A stretch of 64,000 nucleotides of DNA from Pavona decussata (taxonomy: Eukaryota): NCBI GenBank assembly GCA_977016875.1, contig CDRNST010000126.1:868001-932000 (forward strand), in the 5' to 3' direction. Numbering within the stretch: position 1 is the stretch's first letter; every line of letters starts with the position of its first letter. Under the pieces are notes generated by a model, which had not been told where the DNA came from, did not search any database, and saw nothing but the letters and a program-made list of their open reading frames with translations. Positions 33,501 to 45,511 of the stretch are shown in pieces. The translations under genes and the position numbers were made by a program.

Positions 33501-36500
33501 CACGCGTTTTCAATTAAGCAACGTCAATATTTGGAACAAAACAAAAACTAACAACACGAACTAACTTCAACTTATCCGGGGAGGAGGGGGCTTATAATCT
33601 GATGTATTTTTTGGTTTACAGGGAGATAACCGGGGGGGGGGGGGGAGGCTTATAAGCGGCAGTTTACGGTATATGCAATTAAACCCTCTCCGAAAATAAA
33701 CCTTCAAAAAGAGCAAGCATAAACCTCGGCTTTTTTTCTCCTTTCTTACAGTTGCTGCAGTTTGAGCTCTTAATCAATGGGCTTGCTACAATAACTGGCA
33801 TAGGTTTAATCAAAGTTTGCAGGGTGTTTGGTTCACACGTTTTGTCTGTAGAAAACCTGAAGAAATTTCCCAAAATAACAACAGATAACTTGTACTTCTT
33901 GAATATTCTTCCCAGCATGTTTTGACAACACATGGAGTACCATCAGTGATTCCTAAGGCCATCTTTCAAGTGATCAGCTCCCAGGCCTGCCATGGTATGG
34001 ATAAGACTGTATCTTTGTTTGTAAGCCCAGAACAGCGATTAAAGCCACAGAATACTAAATGTTCTTTGACTAAATTGAAGGTCATGTACAAAAATTCAGG
34101 CAATTTTGAGCAAAACGAAAAATTAGCCCAAAACGTCACTTAAGGCCCATTTAAACTTTTTCAACATTTGACCAACATTCGTTCAACAAAAGTTCAACGG
34201 ATGTTGGGCAAATGTTAGATGAACGGAGTGTTCACACGGTTTCAACGCCGTTCAACATTTCCAAGAACAAAGGAAAATGTTGAAGCGATGTCAAATGAAA
34301 CTTTAAACCAATTTAAATTTGATTCAACACACTCTCAACAAGCTTTCAACATTTTTTTTGCACTTTCAACAAAGTTGAACGACCTGTTCAAACGCCCCCG
34401 ACATTTGGTTCAACAAAGTGTTGAGCGCATGTTGAAGCAACTGTTGAAACCTTTACCATAGTCTTGCTAAAAGCCTTTAAGTTTAGCTTATCAGTTCCAG
34501 TAGTGCTGATACAGGCTGCCTTACAAGGAGTTGTGCAATATAGGTCTGACTGGTTCAAAGATAACAGATTGAAGATCCATACTTTAAGGACGGTGCCTAC
34601 TAATACCGCAGTATTTTTGCGCGGTTTATGACTATGCGGAAAAAGCAGATCTTAGCAAGGGCTAAACGAAAATTGGGGGAAACCACGCATTTTTCAGAGA
34701 TAATTAAGCAACAAAAAGCAGTAAAATACAAAGCAATGTGTAGCGTTTTTTTATTCCATATTGAAGCTTTATTATATCTCAAAAATACAATGATTACCCC
34801 CAATATTTTTTAGATACCAAGAGCACTTGCTAAGTTCTGCTTTCTCCGCATAGTTTTAAAACTGGGCAAAAATATCTCTGTTTTAGGAGGCACCACCCAT
34901 AGGAAACTCGAGTATCCTGAGATGCGCAGAACGTATGCGCAGTAACAGAAGTAGGCAACGTCCTTAAAGTGAGTAGCAGGGCTCGAGACTAACGCTTGCC
35001 ATGCAACTAGCCGCAGACTGGTAAAAATTCAGTTTTGGCTAGTAGGTTTTGTGGTTTCACTAGCCATTTTGGCTAGTAAAAATTGTAAAGCACTGAGGTG
35101 CCGGACAGAAAACAAGGATGCAAATTATTTAATAATCACAGAAGCAAATCAAGAGAACAAGACGGGGTACGTGCGGTCGCTTTTTGTGCTACATGCGTAG
35201 AGTTAAGGGCTTTTTCATTTTAAGGTCAACTTCAAATTTCAATCGTAAATAACGCAGTTTGTAAACAGTGAAGAATACCTTAACGCTTCTGGGTGTGGGA
35301 GTTTTTTCTCAGTAATTATTCCACATCTAATAAAGCATTTCTGACCCTTCTCTCTGCCCTTTTCGTAAAACGAATTTGTTAAAATATGGCTAGTGAAGAT
35401 TTTGTTTTGCCTAGTGAAAACAGCAACTGGGCTTGGGAGCTATAAAGTTAGTCTTGAGCCCCGGAGTTGGGACAAGAACTGCACAACAAGCGCCGTTTTC
35501 AGTTGGCTGAAGACTCTGAGTGTTTTTGTGAGTCCCAACAACTTACCAGGAGTGAAAACTAGTATTGTAAGGGCACATTGTTACTAAACCGAGATCATAT
35601 TTTTTGATTCAAGGATTTTATGCAAGGCTATAATGATTGATTTTTTTCCTTTAGCTAAAAAGTGCGTGAACTTTTGCATGATCGATTGCGTAAGCCAAAT
35701 TCTAAAATCTGTTTCATTTTACAGTGCACATTTGGCAAGATTACAGTCAAAATTTCATCCCCAAACGTCCTTCATACTTGTTTCTGTTGTTTGTTTGTAG
35801 GTGCTGTTAAATTTGGGGAGCCTCTTGGTGTTAGTGAATGTCAGGAGCTAATTAAGCGTCTGTCCAAGTGTCAGTTACCTTTTCAATGTGCTCATGGCAG
35901 GTGATTATTTGCTTTTTTTGTTTTTGTTTTAAAGGGGAAGTGTCATGGGGTTTTTTGACCTCTTTTGTTAAAAAATGGTGAAATAAGACCTTCACTTAGC
36001 TACAAAATAATTCTAGAACAACTAGAAAGAAAGCAACTCAGCTCTTGAAAGAAACAACTCATGATCTATTCTAGCGCATTTTGGAAACAAAAAAGCGAGA
36101 ATGTGAAAAACGTTAGCCTAACATTTTCAAGTTTCAATCCATTCGAACCTACTCTGTCTCTGGCCAGAGGCACTAATCGACAGTTTTATCGCACTGGGGT
36201 GATAATTTATTAGAAAAGTAGACAACTATTTATTTTTTTCTGTTGAAAGACAGACATTTTTGGGTTTTGAAATAACATGATACCTCACCTGTAAGTATTC
36301 CTGTTTCGAGGGGGAGGGTGGGAGAGGGCTGCAGATATGGAGAATTTAAGTCTTGTTGATTTTCTTTTTTGTTAAAACGGGACCACATCTTGAAGTTTTT
36401 CGTGATTTCAATCTCTTTTAAGTATGTATTGGTAGTGCAAAAAACTGTGAAATTCCCAAGGACCCCAAGGGTAGGGATGGACATATAGAGCAACTGCATC

Positions 36501-37289
36501 ATCTCTACGTGGGTTTTTTCGCCTTAATTGCCTTCAAGCTCTTCCAGGTGCACCAAGTTGAATGTTCTAGTTCATATTAGCAAAAGCTTCATTGCCATCA
36601 ACAGAAACCAAGTTAAGCTTATGTTGTTTGCAATCAGATTGATAGTTGTAGCGATATAAATCTTCGTAAAAGACTTGTCTTGTCACTGGTGGTTCTCGTA
36701 GCATTATTTTCGGTTTTCGATTGAGTGTCGTAAAAACAAAAAAAACCAAAGATGTTACTCTGACCAATCACAACAGACGGAAACAGCGCAATGAACCACT
36801 CAGAATTCGAAGCAAATACGTGTAACCAGCGCCAGCGCGGGAAAACGCGTGCGACCAAGACACGATTGTTTTGGCTTTCCATTGGTTGAGATAATGGCGC
36901 GAACTTTGCCAACCAATCACAAAACGAAGTAAAGCAAAACCAAAGCAAACGCGAAATTACTTTCGACACTCAATTGAAAACCGCCGTATCGGAATTAACG
37001 TTGCTAGTTACTTTGTTTTGTCCTGTTCACCCAGGCCTTCTGTTATTCCTCTGGCAGACCTCAGGTTTTTGGGAAAGAAAATGGTGTCTCAGGTACACGT
37101 AAGAAATAATAGTGCAGATTTGGTTGAACAATGTTTTGTGTCTCAGGGTGTACCATTCGTAAAATATTCGTTCTTTTTTGCCACTTTGTAATGTCTGTTT
37201 CTTTTCATTTCTGCTTTCAGGAACTTGAATGTCGACCAAGAATGAGCAAGCTTCGGTCTGCACAGCTCAAGGAACACCGGAGAACCTAA
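21502..37289 (+). CDS. MLH3: DNA mismatch repair / meiotic crossover endonuclease MLH3, ~1351 aa, 11 exons
   Basis: Exons 21502-24193, 25586-25915, 26875-27062, 28497-28656, 29614-29691, 31166-31443, 32249-32272 (24-nt microexon), 33916-33994, 35801-35900, 37035-37092, 37221-37289; phases consistent (4056 nt). GHKL ATPase motifs EELVLNSLDA, DNGSG, GFRGEALAS, GTTV; YDICLEPAKT; endonuclease motif DQHAAHERVRLE; SQACHGAVKFG; [10 protein letters not shown]. The real start is ATG 21502 (MIRPL..), not TTG 21496. The N-gap in intron 1 could hide an exon, but the phases fit without one. Confidence 0.96.
24752..25062. repeat. Penelope-like inverted-repeat remnant spanning the assembly gap 24791-24918
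   Basis: Left of the gap, AATGTTTGGTTTCTCAACAGAGTTGATAAG mirrors CTATCAACTCTTTTGATAAAACCAAACATT on the right. The centre is a head-to-head GTGCTGACGTTT.. / ..CTGACAAAAAGCTCACACTTGAAACGTCAGCAC. Confidence 0.6.
26301..26508. mobile_element. piggyBac-like MITE
   Basis: ttaa CCCTTTAAGCCCTAA...TTAGGGCTTAAAGGG ttta; same family as 12293-12499. Confidence 0.75.
27989..28389. mobile_element. Kolobok-like non-autonomous element (decayed target site)
   Basis: TIR GGATGGTGCCTAC / GTAGGCACCATCC; internally similar to 34588-34963; a partial inverted copy lies at ~30205-30318. Confidence 0.7.
29083..29273. mobile_element. piggyBac-like MITE, degenerate right end
   Basis: Begins ttaa CCCTTTAATCCCTAATGTCAAAGAACAAATTCT; body aligns by eye to 26301-26508. 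Confidence 0.6.
29695..29852. mobile_element. pogo/Tigger-like MITE with TA target, inserted in the splice donor of MLH3 exon 5
   Basis: The right TIR reads CAGTCGACTCCCGATAACTCGAACCTTC (reverse complement), followed by TA at 29853-54. The left TIR GGTCTACTCCCGATAACACGAACCTTC is preceded by TA at 29693-94, which is intron position +2/+3. Confidence 0.75.
30511..30770 (+). mobile_element. tRNA-derived SINE (V-SINE-like core)
   Basis: A box GCGCAGTGG, B box GGTTCGATTCC (30565-30575), core GGGTTTTTCTCCTGGTACTCCGGTTTTC and an (ATTCCC)n-like tail. A related antisense fragment lies at ~32365-32470. Confidence 0.8.
30840..31110. mobile_element. MITE (TAGAGCGGTTTTCAATTGAGTGTCG family)
   Basis: TIR TAGAGCGGTTTTCAATTGAGTGTCG / CGACGCTCGATTGAAAACCCCTCTA. 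An inverted copy at ~36710-36985 is carried along in all duplicated MLH3 tails (~51818, ~55377, ~63226). Confidence 0.75.
32480..33100 (-). mobile_element. Degenerate L2/CR1-group LINE ORF2 3' fragment
   Basis: The - strand translates, with stops, as FDYRDVVWAGLNKSLSGRLDSLHNQAARII...HKIVNKEAPEYITEAF..YNL..KPNTEYLKKSFCYRGAKLWNSL. Confidence 0.8.
33335..33669. mobile_element. Tc1/mariner-type MITE (TA target)
   Basis: ta CCGGGAACTGCCGCTTATAA ... TTATAAGCGGCAGTTTACGG ta; internal GGGCTTATA repeats. Confidence 0.7.
34588..34963. mobile_element. Kolobok-like non-autonomous element
   Basis: ttaa GGACGGTGCCTAC...GTAGGCAACGTCC ttaa; 376 bp. Confidence 0.8.
34977..35463. mobile_element. Short-TIR element (CAGGGC termini, hAT-like); contains the left breakpoint of the tandem array
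   Basis: TIR CAGGGCTCGAGACTAAC / GTTAGTCTTGAGCCCCG, flanked by GAGTAG / GAGTTG (GAGTAG in two duplicate copies). A related left end lies at ~27678. Confidence 0.6.
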
Positions 37290-37639
37290 GAAAATGTATA
37301 GTGCACTCAGGAAAGGACTGGAGGTCATTATCGTTTGCAATGTTGGGCGGAATATTTTAAGTCCTTCATGTCAATAAACAGGGGAACAAAAAATTTTCAA
37401 AAACACGAGTTGTCACTGCCTCTAACGACCAACAAATGATTGCTTACTTTTTCAATGTTTTTGCTCTGGCGAATTGTGAAAGCTAACTGAATAAAGAGTG
37501 TTTTTCCTTTCCAAGGACAAGCTCGCTGATTTAACAAAAGAAATCTCGGGCTTCTTATTCATTGCTTTGTTTGATATTCTGTTAAGAATGTTAAGACAGT
37601 GATGGGAATGAAAGTAGTCAATAGAAGTGCATCATCTGT

Positions 37640-38505
37640 CAGTTAGTCAGTCAGTCAGTCAGTCAGTCAGTCAGTCAGTCCGTGAGTTGGTCTCTCAGTT
37701 TGTTCCGTAACTCCTTTAGTCCACTGTTCTGTTGTTCAGTCAGTCAGTATATCCATCCAGTTTTTTTTACTGCCATGCATTCAGTGAACAAGCGAATCAG
37801 TCAGTGTTTTCCCTCCCGTTAATTTTTGAGTTGTTTGGTAGGTCAGCGCAGACCATCGCTTAGCCAATCAGTCCGATACTCTTTTGGTAAATGTGGGTTT
37901 CCACTGGTGAGCCATTCTGCTAGTGAGCCCATTGCTCCGCAAACCGGTCGGACAATGTATTGGTTAGTCAGTGTGTGTGACATGTCTGTCCTTGTGTTCA
38001 CTCATTTGGTTTATGAGTCGATTTCTCTGGTCAGGCAGTTAAATGAGTCAGGCTGTCAGTCTATTACTCACGAACCCTCTTAGTTCATTTGCTGGGTTGT
38101 CGTTCTGTTTTGTCAGTTGTCCAGCAATCAGCACACCATTTAGTGATTGTGTTTGGGTGGTCCGCCAGTTAGTCCTTAGATTCCTGTTGTTAGTCAATCA
38201 GCCAGGTCTTCATATAGGGTAAGCAGTCGGTCAGAATGTAAATCGTTCAGTCCATTGGTCAGTCAGTTTGTCTGTCAGTGGGCCATCAGTCTGTCATTTG
38301 GCTGATCAGTCAAGGCCGGCCTAACAGTCAGTCAATCAGTTAGTTGGAAGCAATCAGTAATAAAACGCAGTTCGTTGTTGTGGAGTTATTCAATCTGTTT
38401 GCCAGTTAGTCAAGTGATGTCAGGTGATTTAGCTAGGCAGATAAGAAGTCATTTGATTGCACAGTCAGTCAGTCAGTCAGTCATTCAGTCAGTCAGCCAG
38501 TCAAT
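37640..38505. repeat. (AGTC)n microsatellite and decayed AGTC-rich tract between the convergent 3' ends of MLH3 and U1
   Basis: Pure AGTC runs at ~37645-37680 and ~38463-38482, with many degenerate TCAGTC units between them. Confidence 0.8.
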
Positions 38506-38594
38506 TACTAGAATAACGGTCAACAAGTGATTGGTGACTTTATCTTTATTTCATATTGCCTCTTTTGTACAGTAATGTACGAGTCAGTTTCACT

Positions 38595-40031
38595 CTACTG
38601 AACCAAGATATATCCCATGGCTTTGATGTTCTTGGCTCCGTTATCTGATGTATAACCATTTATAGCATTGTTTCCACACGTGTTGGAATCATCGTGGCGT
38701 CCTCCAGTACCAAACCCGATTCTCGAGTCAGTTGATGCACAATCCCTCTCGTTGTTTCCAAGGATACCGATTCTTGCTTTGGAGTGGCCCTTATCGCTAC
38801 CGGCAGCATTGAACCCTTCTTTGTTGCAGTTGATTTGTAAGGACGCCCGAGAACCAATCAGCGTCTTCCACGTGTTACGACCCAGTGACGTTGCGCGGTA
38901 TTTCCCGTCAGCAATCAGTGCGTACAGTGAGTTGGCCTGCTTATTGATGACGAGGAACTTGATCTGCTGACCGATCTTCATACCGAGGCAGATCTTGGAG
39001 AAGGGTGTGTTCCAGTAGGTAGGCAGCTTGGTCTGTTGAGTGTCGAACCCGGTTTTCCCTCCTGCAAGGTTATAGGCATTTCTGTTGCTCCAAAAAGGAG
39101 AATCGTAATGGAAAGTTTTCTAGAATAGAAAGAAGAAAAATTACTTAACTGCCAGATGTTAAATATTTGAACAGCGTTTGTCAAGAATGATGGGACAGCT
39201 GCATACCTTTGTGCCGTCAATCTTCATGGCCAGCGTCCACCCTCCATCTCCGCATCCAAAGTTGCCCATGTGACAGTAAACAGGAATCTTCTGTGAACCA
39301 AACATCAGCGGATACACTTGGCTTTTGGTGGAACTGGAAAGGGAGAGAAATGGTGTAAGTTGAAATAATAAGGGCATGTTATCATTGCCTCTTTTCTTTA
39401 ATTTTTGGGAAACTGAGAATTTTTAAAACAAATCCAAATCTTTCCTTTGTTTCGCTTAGTTAGCGGAATGTATCATAGTACACATCAAAACCCACCTGCG
39501 TTTTTCATACTGTTCCTTGCATGAAGAGACAGGACCGGCTATGAAAAAAGTAAAAGTCCAGTTAGATGTAGTTTGAATGTGTTTGAAAAATATAAGAATG
39601 AATACATTGGACTTCTATCTGTCTCTCTGTTGATTGGTGCGCGAGAGACGAAAGACACGAGGGAGGGAACTAAAGCGTGGACGAGCGCGATATTTTCCCA
39701 CTCACGGGACCTTCTCGAACTGCGCTTAGTAAAGATACCGAAGCGATTTGAAACTTTCGAAAGAAAAGACGGCTAAAACACTGGAGACAAATCATTTACC
39801 TGGCGGCAGAGTAGGTGAAGGCTTGTTGACCACTGCAATGAGACTTTCCAGTTTAGTTTGCAGCATTTTAATGGCGTCGTTTGCGTCCGAATCCTGAAGC
39901 AGGTTACACATCAGATTACAAACCATCATCTTGTCGTACGGTTTGGCGCAAGATTTGGAAGAGTTGTTGGCGCCATTCACGGTCAGGACGAGAAAAACTG
40001 CAAGGAAATAAACTTGGATAGGCAAACGCAT
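38595..40031 (-). CDS. Secreted protein, USOMP5-like (uncharacterized skeletal organic matrix protein 5 family) with a fibrinogen-C-type N-terminal motif; copy U1, 308 aa
   Basis: Exons (-) 40031-39800, 39538-39496, 39333-39207, 39119-38595; GT-AG and in phase (927 nt). Signal peptide [20 protein letters not shown], short coiled-coil [17 protein letters not shown], Pro linker, [27 protein letters not shown], then [61 protein letters not shown]. The gene model is solid; the family name is from recall. Confidence 0.85.
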
Positions 40032-40131
40032 TTTGAGAAATCCGGTGAATGGTTTTCAGGTGCTGAACGAAGATTGAAAGTCCTGTGGATTGCTGAACGT
40101 TATGGCTAACACGTAGGCTGTACGGACTTAA

Positions 40132-43100
40132 GAGCAAATGTTGCCAAAAATCAAACATTTTTGAAATATCGTGGCAACGGCTCAAAAATCAATTCGGCCC
40201 ATTTTCTCAAGTTAGATAGACCTTAATGTGAAACAAGTGACTGCATACTTTGTTTAGCTAAATATCGATTCATTTTCGAGAAAATCGATAATAACCGAAT
40301 TCTCTGAAAATACCGCTGTTTGAGTATAAAATTTAAGGCGATTTACGAAGCTTCGTGTTACAAAATAAAACACTCCAGAGAAATAAAAACTATCATATCT
40401 TGTGGAAAGATGTCGAAAGTGTATGTTACAAACAATTTGAGGAATTTTTGACCATTTACTTTTAAAATGTAAAAGTATTTGTCCGACCTACTTTTTCCAA
40501 GATGAAAAGATGGCCCAAATTAACCTATTATTTAAGCATGTGGTACCGAATGTAATTAACTAAAAATCTGTGTTTTTTAAGGGAAAGAGTTGGTCTTTTA
40601 TGTCCCCAAAGGATTTTTTGGGGAAATGATTCAGTGCAATGAAATCGAATTTTAAAGTTATATAAATAGCGCTGTTTCAACTGATCCGCTCAATTACCTC
40701 AACTATACACATACACGACCAACTTATATTATTTCGCAGTTTTCGCTCATTCGAAATCTAATTTAGCATACAAACTCCTCCTTGTTTACAAATCAAAGAT
40801 AAAGACTGCAGTCCTGCAATTGCCATTTCCTTCGTGAAAAAATCGAACCAACCTTAAGGATCACTTCCCACGATATGGCGGCACTGTACCATTGTTGTTT
40901 ACTTCCTGACGTTTTTGATGCGAACATTCTCTGTTTTCATTTTTCTCAAAAATGGCCTTCAAGCGTCTTTCGTAAATCGTCTTTGCTAAAACATCAGTGT
41001 TAAACAGAACAGGAGCGAAAAAAAGGACCAAACGTCCTTAAATTAAAACACACGTGTTTCCGTGTTTCTGGAATTGTGAAATACAACTAATTAATTCAGA
41101 GGGAATTCAAGTGAAATTTACAAGCATCGGAAACTTTAAAAATTGGAACATGGAACACATAGTAGGCGGATCACAGGTCGAGCTTTTGTATTTAAAATAT
41201 CAACGATAAAAAAAAGGCAAAAAGTAGAAGCAATTAAAAGAAGCCAAAAAGGCAATAAATCATAAAATAGGATCACTGTAGAAAACACTACTTCGCGGCA
41301 CTGCTACCGTGAAACCGGGAAAAACAACAAAATTATTTTAATTGTTTTTTCGGGAGTTTTAAGCATCCTTTTTAACATTTTTTAAATAATAAAATTTTAA
41401 GTCAAATTCGAGAGGGCGGTCCGCATTTTAAGACATCCGTCAATTTTGTTTGCTTCTAATTGATTAATCTAAAGTAACTGGTTTAGTGAAACGTCTGTAA
41501 ACACCGAGAACGGCGCGTGTTATTGCGCGAATGTGCAGGTGTGTTGCTCTTATAAGTCTCCCGAGGCAGGAATTTTTGGATTTGACACGAGAGACAGGAA
41601 AAACTAAACACAAATCATCCCTTCCCTGGCCTATTCAAAAGACATTTTCAATCATATGGTTAGTCTTGGTTTTTTGGGTCCAAAGGACGAAGTTGACCTT
41701 ATTCTCAGCCGAGTAGAGATATTTACTCATCCTGGAAACATAAATTGTATGGCCATTTGTCCCTTGCATCGCGAGAAGCTTGGTTTTGGCTGAAGAAGGG
41801 GATCAAATGCGAGGTGCAGAATGCCAGAGGTATTGTCCACTCATGACAGAAGGGGCAAAAAGTGGCCAAAATGCGACCGAGGAATCGGGAAAATTGATAC
41901 GCAAATAATAATAAAGAAAACTGGCCGGAGTATTTCTTCAAGTAGGCTCAGGTAAGTTGACCTTTTGCATACCTTGCCTTTTTTTCTCGAACTCGCTTGT
42001 CAGAGCACTAGATTTCCTATAGGTATTTGCGCAACGTGTCGGAAAACCCTCAAGGCGCTTGTAGCAGAGAAAGGAGAGACAGCCACTGTAACTTTACAGT
42101 CTCGACCTATTAAAGCAAGTTTACTGAGACAAATGAGTAAATTAAACTTGGTAAGCTTTAAACCACATTACTTATTATCAGCTTGCCGTCAGTCAGTCAG
42201 TTAGTATTATGTGGAGATGTGGAGATGAATAAAGAATAAAGAGATAGGTAACTCTCCCCACACTATGGCACACCCTGCAATCTTTATGATCCGTGTAAAA
42301 GTCAAATTGGGGACTGGTGACTAAACGCAACGCTGCTACTTTTTTTGCAATTATTATATGTGTAGCACATTGAAATGACTTGTCTCCGCAGATTGTCGTT
42401 GGGACCAGTTTCGTTGTGGTGGCTACGTTACGCATTCCGGCATTCGCAATGCAAAGGACAGTTGCGTGATTTTAGCCCATTTTTACTCAAAAAATTCCCT
42501 TGTTCACGCCGGCGAAAACATACCTATTAAGACACTGGGTTTAATGCTTCCGATTGTCAGTTGACCCCTCTTCGTTATATTGTTATAGATATTTAAAATT
42601 CTTTCTTTTCTCTCTTTCTCTTTCCTTCCTTCCGTACTTCNNNNNNNNNNNNNNNNNNNNNNNNNNNNNNNNNNNNNNNNNNNNNNNNNNNNNNNNNNNN
42701 NNNNNNNNNNNNNNNNNNNNNNNNNNNNNNNNNNNNNNNNNNNNNNNNNNNNNNNNNNNNNNNNNNNNNNNNNNNNNNNNNNNNNNNNNNNNNNNNNNNN
42801 NNNNNNNNNNNNNNNNNNNNNNNNNNNNNNNNNNNNNNNNNNNNNNNNNNNNNNNNNNNNNNNNNNNNNNNNNNNNNNNNNNNNNNNGATTTGACGAGGA
42901 GGGGAAGAGGAGGAGGAACAGGAAAAGGTTGAAGTCTCTTTTACGCCAGTATCAAGTCCTATGTTATTAATTAGAAAGAAGCCGTTATGAACCATCTTTT
43001 GTTGAAGAAAAAAACTTAACACCAAGGAAAAAGCTGAACGAGTTCCTGATTTCAAACAACGTCATTATCTGGAAAGAACAATGGGAAGAAGGGACTCCCA

Positions 43101-45511
43101 ATTTAAAGTGATGGGGTTCAATTTTGTAATTAACACTGCTAATTGCATTCAAATCTGAACCGGTTAACGTGAAAATTATCCTGATACTTTTTAGGGTGTA
43201 AGCTAGGAAAAACAAATATGTGATGGGAAAAATAAGTAGTTGTCAAAATTGGCGAAAAGAGGAATAAGAGCCACGCCCACAAAAGGAGAATTGAGGCACA
43301 CCCTGTGACGTTTATGATTTCGTGCAGGAAGTCCCCCATCCCAGCGTGCACTGGTAATTTATAATTAGTTTATGGGCAATAGTATGTCGTTCTGGTGACC
43401 ATACGATTTAAACTGCTTGAACGTTTTTACTTCAAGGTGAAGTATAAGCAAATAAAGTGTTAAATCACGTTTTCTTTCTTTCTGTTTCCTGCTATAAACC
43501 TCCGAGAACCCTTAATAAAACCTGCAGTAGCTAGAAGTTACGGCACCTCATTAATTCTCAAGTGTCTTGGCCATAGTTAGATCACCAACGAATGGTCGGT
43601 TTGGCTAACTGTTTTCACAGATTGAAGTTAATTCAGTAAACAATTTACGTAAAGCGGTAAATTTGCATAAGTTTTAGCTTGCGTGACCGGTACGCGATTC
43701 TGTTCCATTGCTGGCACAGAAGTTGCTCTATCGGCTCCTCTCATTCACTCTTTTTTGAATAGCATTTAACGCAAGAGCGTGTTTTCGAATATCAGTAGGT
43801 AAGATGAGTTCGACAGTTTTCTTTTTGGCATAACGTTAGACTGCAAGCAGTCCCTTTCTGGTCAGTCGAGATGATGCGCTCACAGCGCAGCGAGACTGGA
43901 GCGAGGACAAATAAATGAGAAGAGACTGGGGAGAGAAGGAAAATCCCCTTTTTCACGCCTCTCCCCAAGCCCTCCCTCCGCTCGTTTGCTCCAGTTTTGT
44001 CGCCCTTGCCTATTTCGCGCGACCTCTCGACTATCCAGAAAGGGACTGCTTGCAGTCTAGCATAACGTGTGTAGTGGCCTTTCTGACCGCGCGCAAAACA
44101 ATGACCTAGGTTTTGGGACTGTAAAGGCTCGGATGCTCTGTGCTGTGGGGATCGAACAACTCGAGTGATTGATGGCTGTGATTAGTATTATATTCCAAGA
44201 CTACTGCTCAGGTGTGATCTGTTTAATAGAGTGATTATGAACACTGAGAAGCTAAATCTAAGTTAAATTGAAATATAGCTAGTTTTGAATGACTGGCTAC
44301 AAGGGGTGAGAAAAGTGGCTTCCCTTAGCCTAGGAACTTCTGGCCCGAATCCCGGAAGTAGGAATTTGTCACGCAACGATTGAGCGTGTTTCCTTCGCTT
44401 GCCTTGTTGACGAATCCAACTTAAGGAAGCCCAGGTCCGTCCACGAGGAAAATGTAAGTGAATGTATATATTATTTAAAAGTGATTTAATTCATGATCAA
44501 GGAATTCAACATACCGTTTGATTTCATGATCCAACGTTGGAAATTGCTCCGCCTTGTCGAAATTGAGACGGATTATTTGCCTTTCAAATAAACTCCAAGA
44601 GAGCTGAAACAAATAGCTTGTTGTTCGCCTTTGGTTTGCTGTTCACTTTAAAGCTGGCTTTAACGGAAAGGCTTACGAAAATCATTTTTAAAAGCTACTC
44701 GTTTCTCGAAAACAACATCGGAAAATTTTTCCATCTAAACAGCACGTCCGCATTTCAAAACAAACATGACACTTTGCATTTGTATTGTCTTAACAAGTTT
44801 TCTGGCGGTGTGTATTTGGTATCGAACGGTGAGACAGCACTACTATAGCCTTCATCTTTGATTTTTACAACATATATATAAAGGTAACTTATTATGTCAA
44901 ATTAGCTTAAGGTTAAACGTAATCATCGAAACATTAATAGTTGCGTGCGTTCAGGTGACTTCATGGGATCAGTTGAAATAGTACAATTTATCCAAATTCA
45001 AAATTTGATTACATCGCACTGAATCATTTCCCCATAAAGTCCTTCGGAAATCTAAAAGAACAATTCTTCGGCTCTCAAAATCCAATTTTTTGAGGCATTC
45101 TATTCAGTACCACATGCTGAAATAATAGGTTATTTTTGGCCCATTTTTCATCTTGATAAAAGTAGGTCGGACAAATTTAATTACATTATAAAAGTAAATT
45201 GTCGGGAATTGCTGAAATTGCTTGTAACACACATTTTGGTATCATTGTACCAAATTTGATGGATTTTATTTCTCTAAAGTGTTTTAATTCGTCACGCGAA
45301 GCTTCCTAAATCGCCCCAAAATACAAGCTCAAGAAGCGGCATTTTCACAGAATTTGATTATTATCGATTTTCTCGAAAATGAATCGATATTTAGCTAAAC
45401 AAACTATGCAGTGATTTGTTTCACATTGAGGTCTACCAAACTTGAGAATATGGGCCGAATTAATTTTTGAGCTGTTGCCACCAAATGTTTGACCGATGGT
45501 AACATTTGCTC
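40132..45511. mobile_element. ~5.4-kb TIR DNA transposon with TTAA target-site duplication (Kolobok-like; no intact transposase seen; contains gap 42641-42887)
   Basis: TTAA at 40128-40131 and 45512-45515. Termini GAGCAAATGTTGCCA / TGGTAACATTTGCTC. Imperfect TIRs of ~550 bp (40132-~40687 vs ~44966-45511). The paralogous empty site GTACGGACTTAAGTTCAAGG at ~57915-57934 has a single TTAA. Confidence 0.9.
43837..44059. mobile_element. MITE with 9-bp TSD nested in the large transposon (TAG...CTA termini, Academ/AcademH-like or MuDR-like)
   Basis: Perfect 25-bp TIR TAGACTGCAAGCAGTCCCTTTCTGG; TSD GCATAACGT at 43828-43836 and 44060-44068. Confidence 0.9.

Noticed and set aside
42504-43055. Long ORFs spanning N-runs (also 24712-24976)
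   Set aside because: Their length is an artefact of X codons across assembly gaps.
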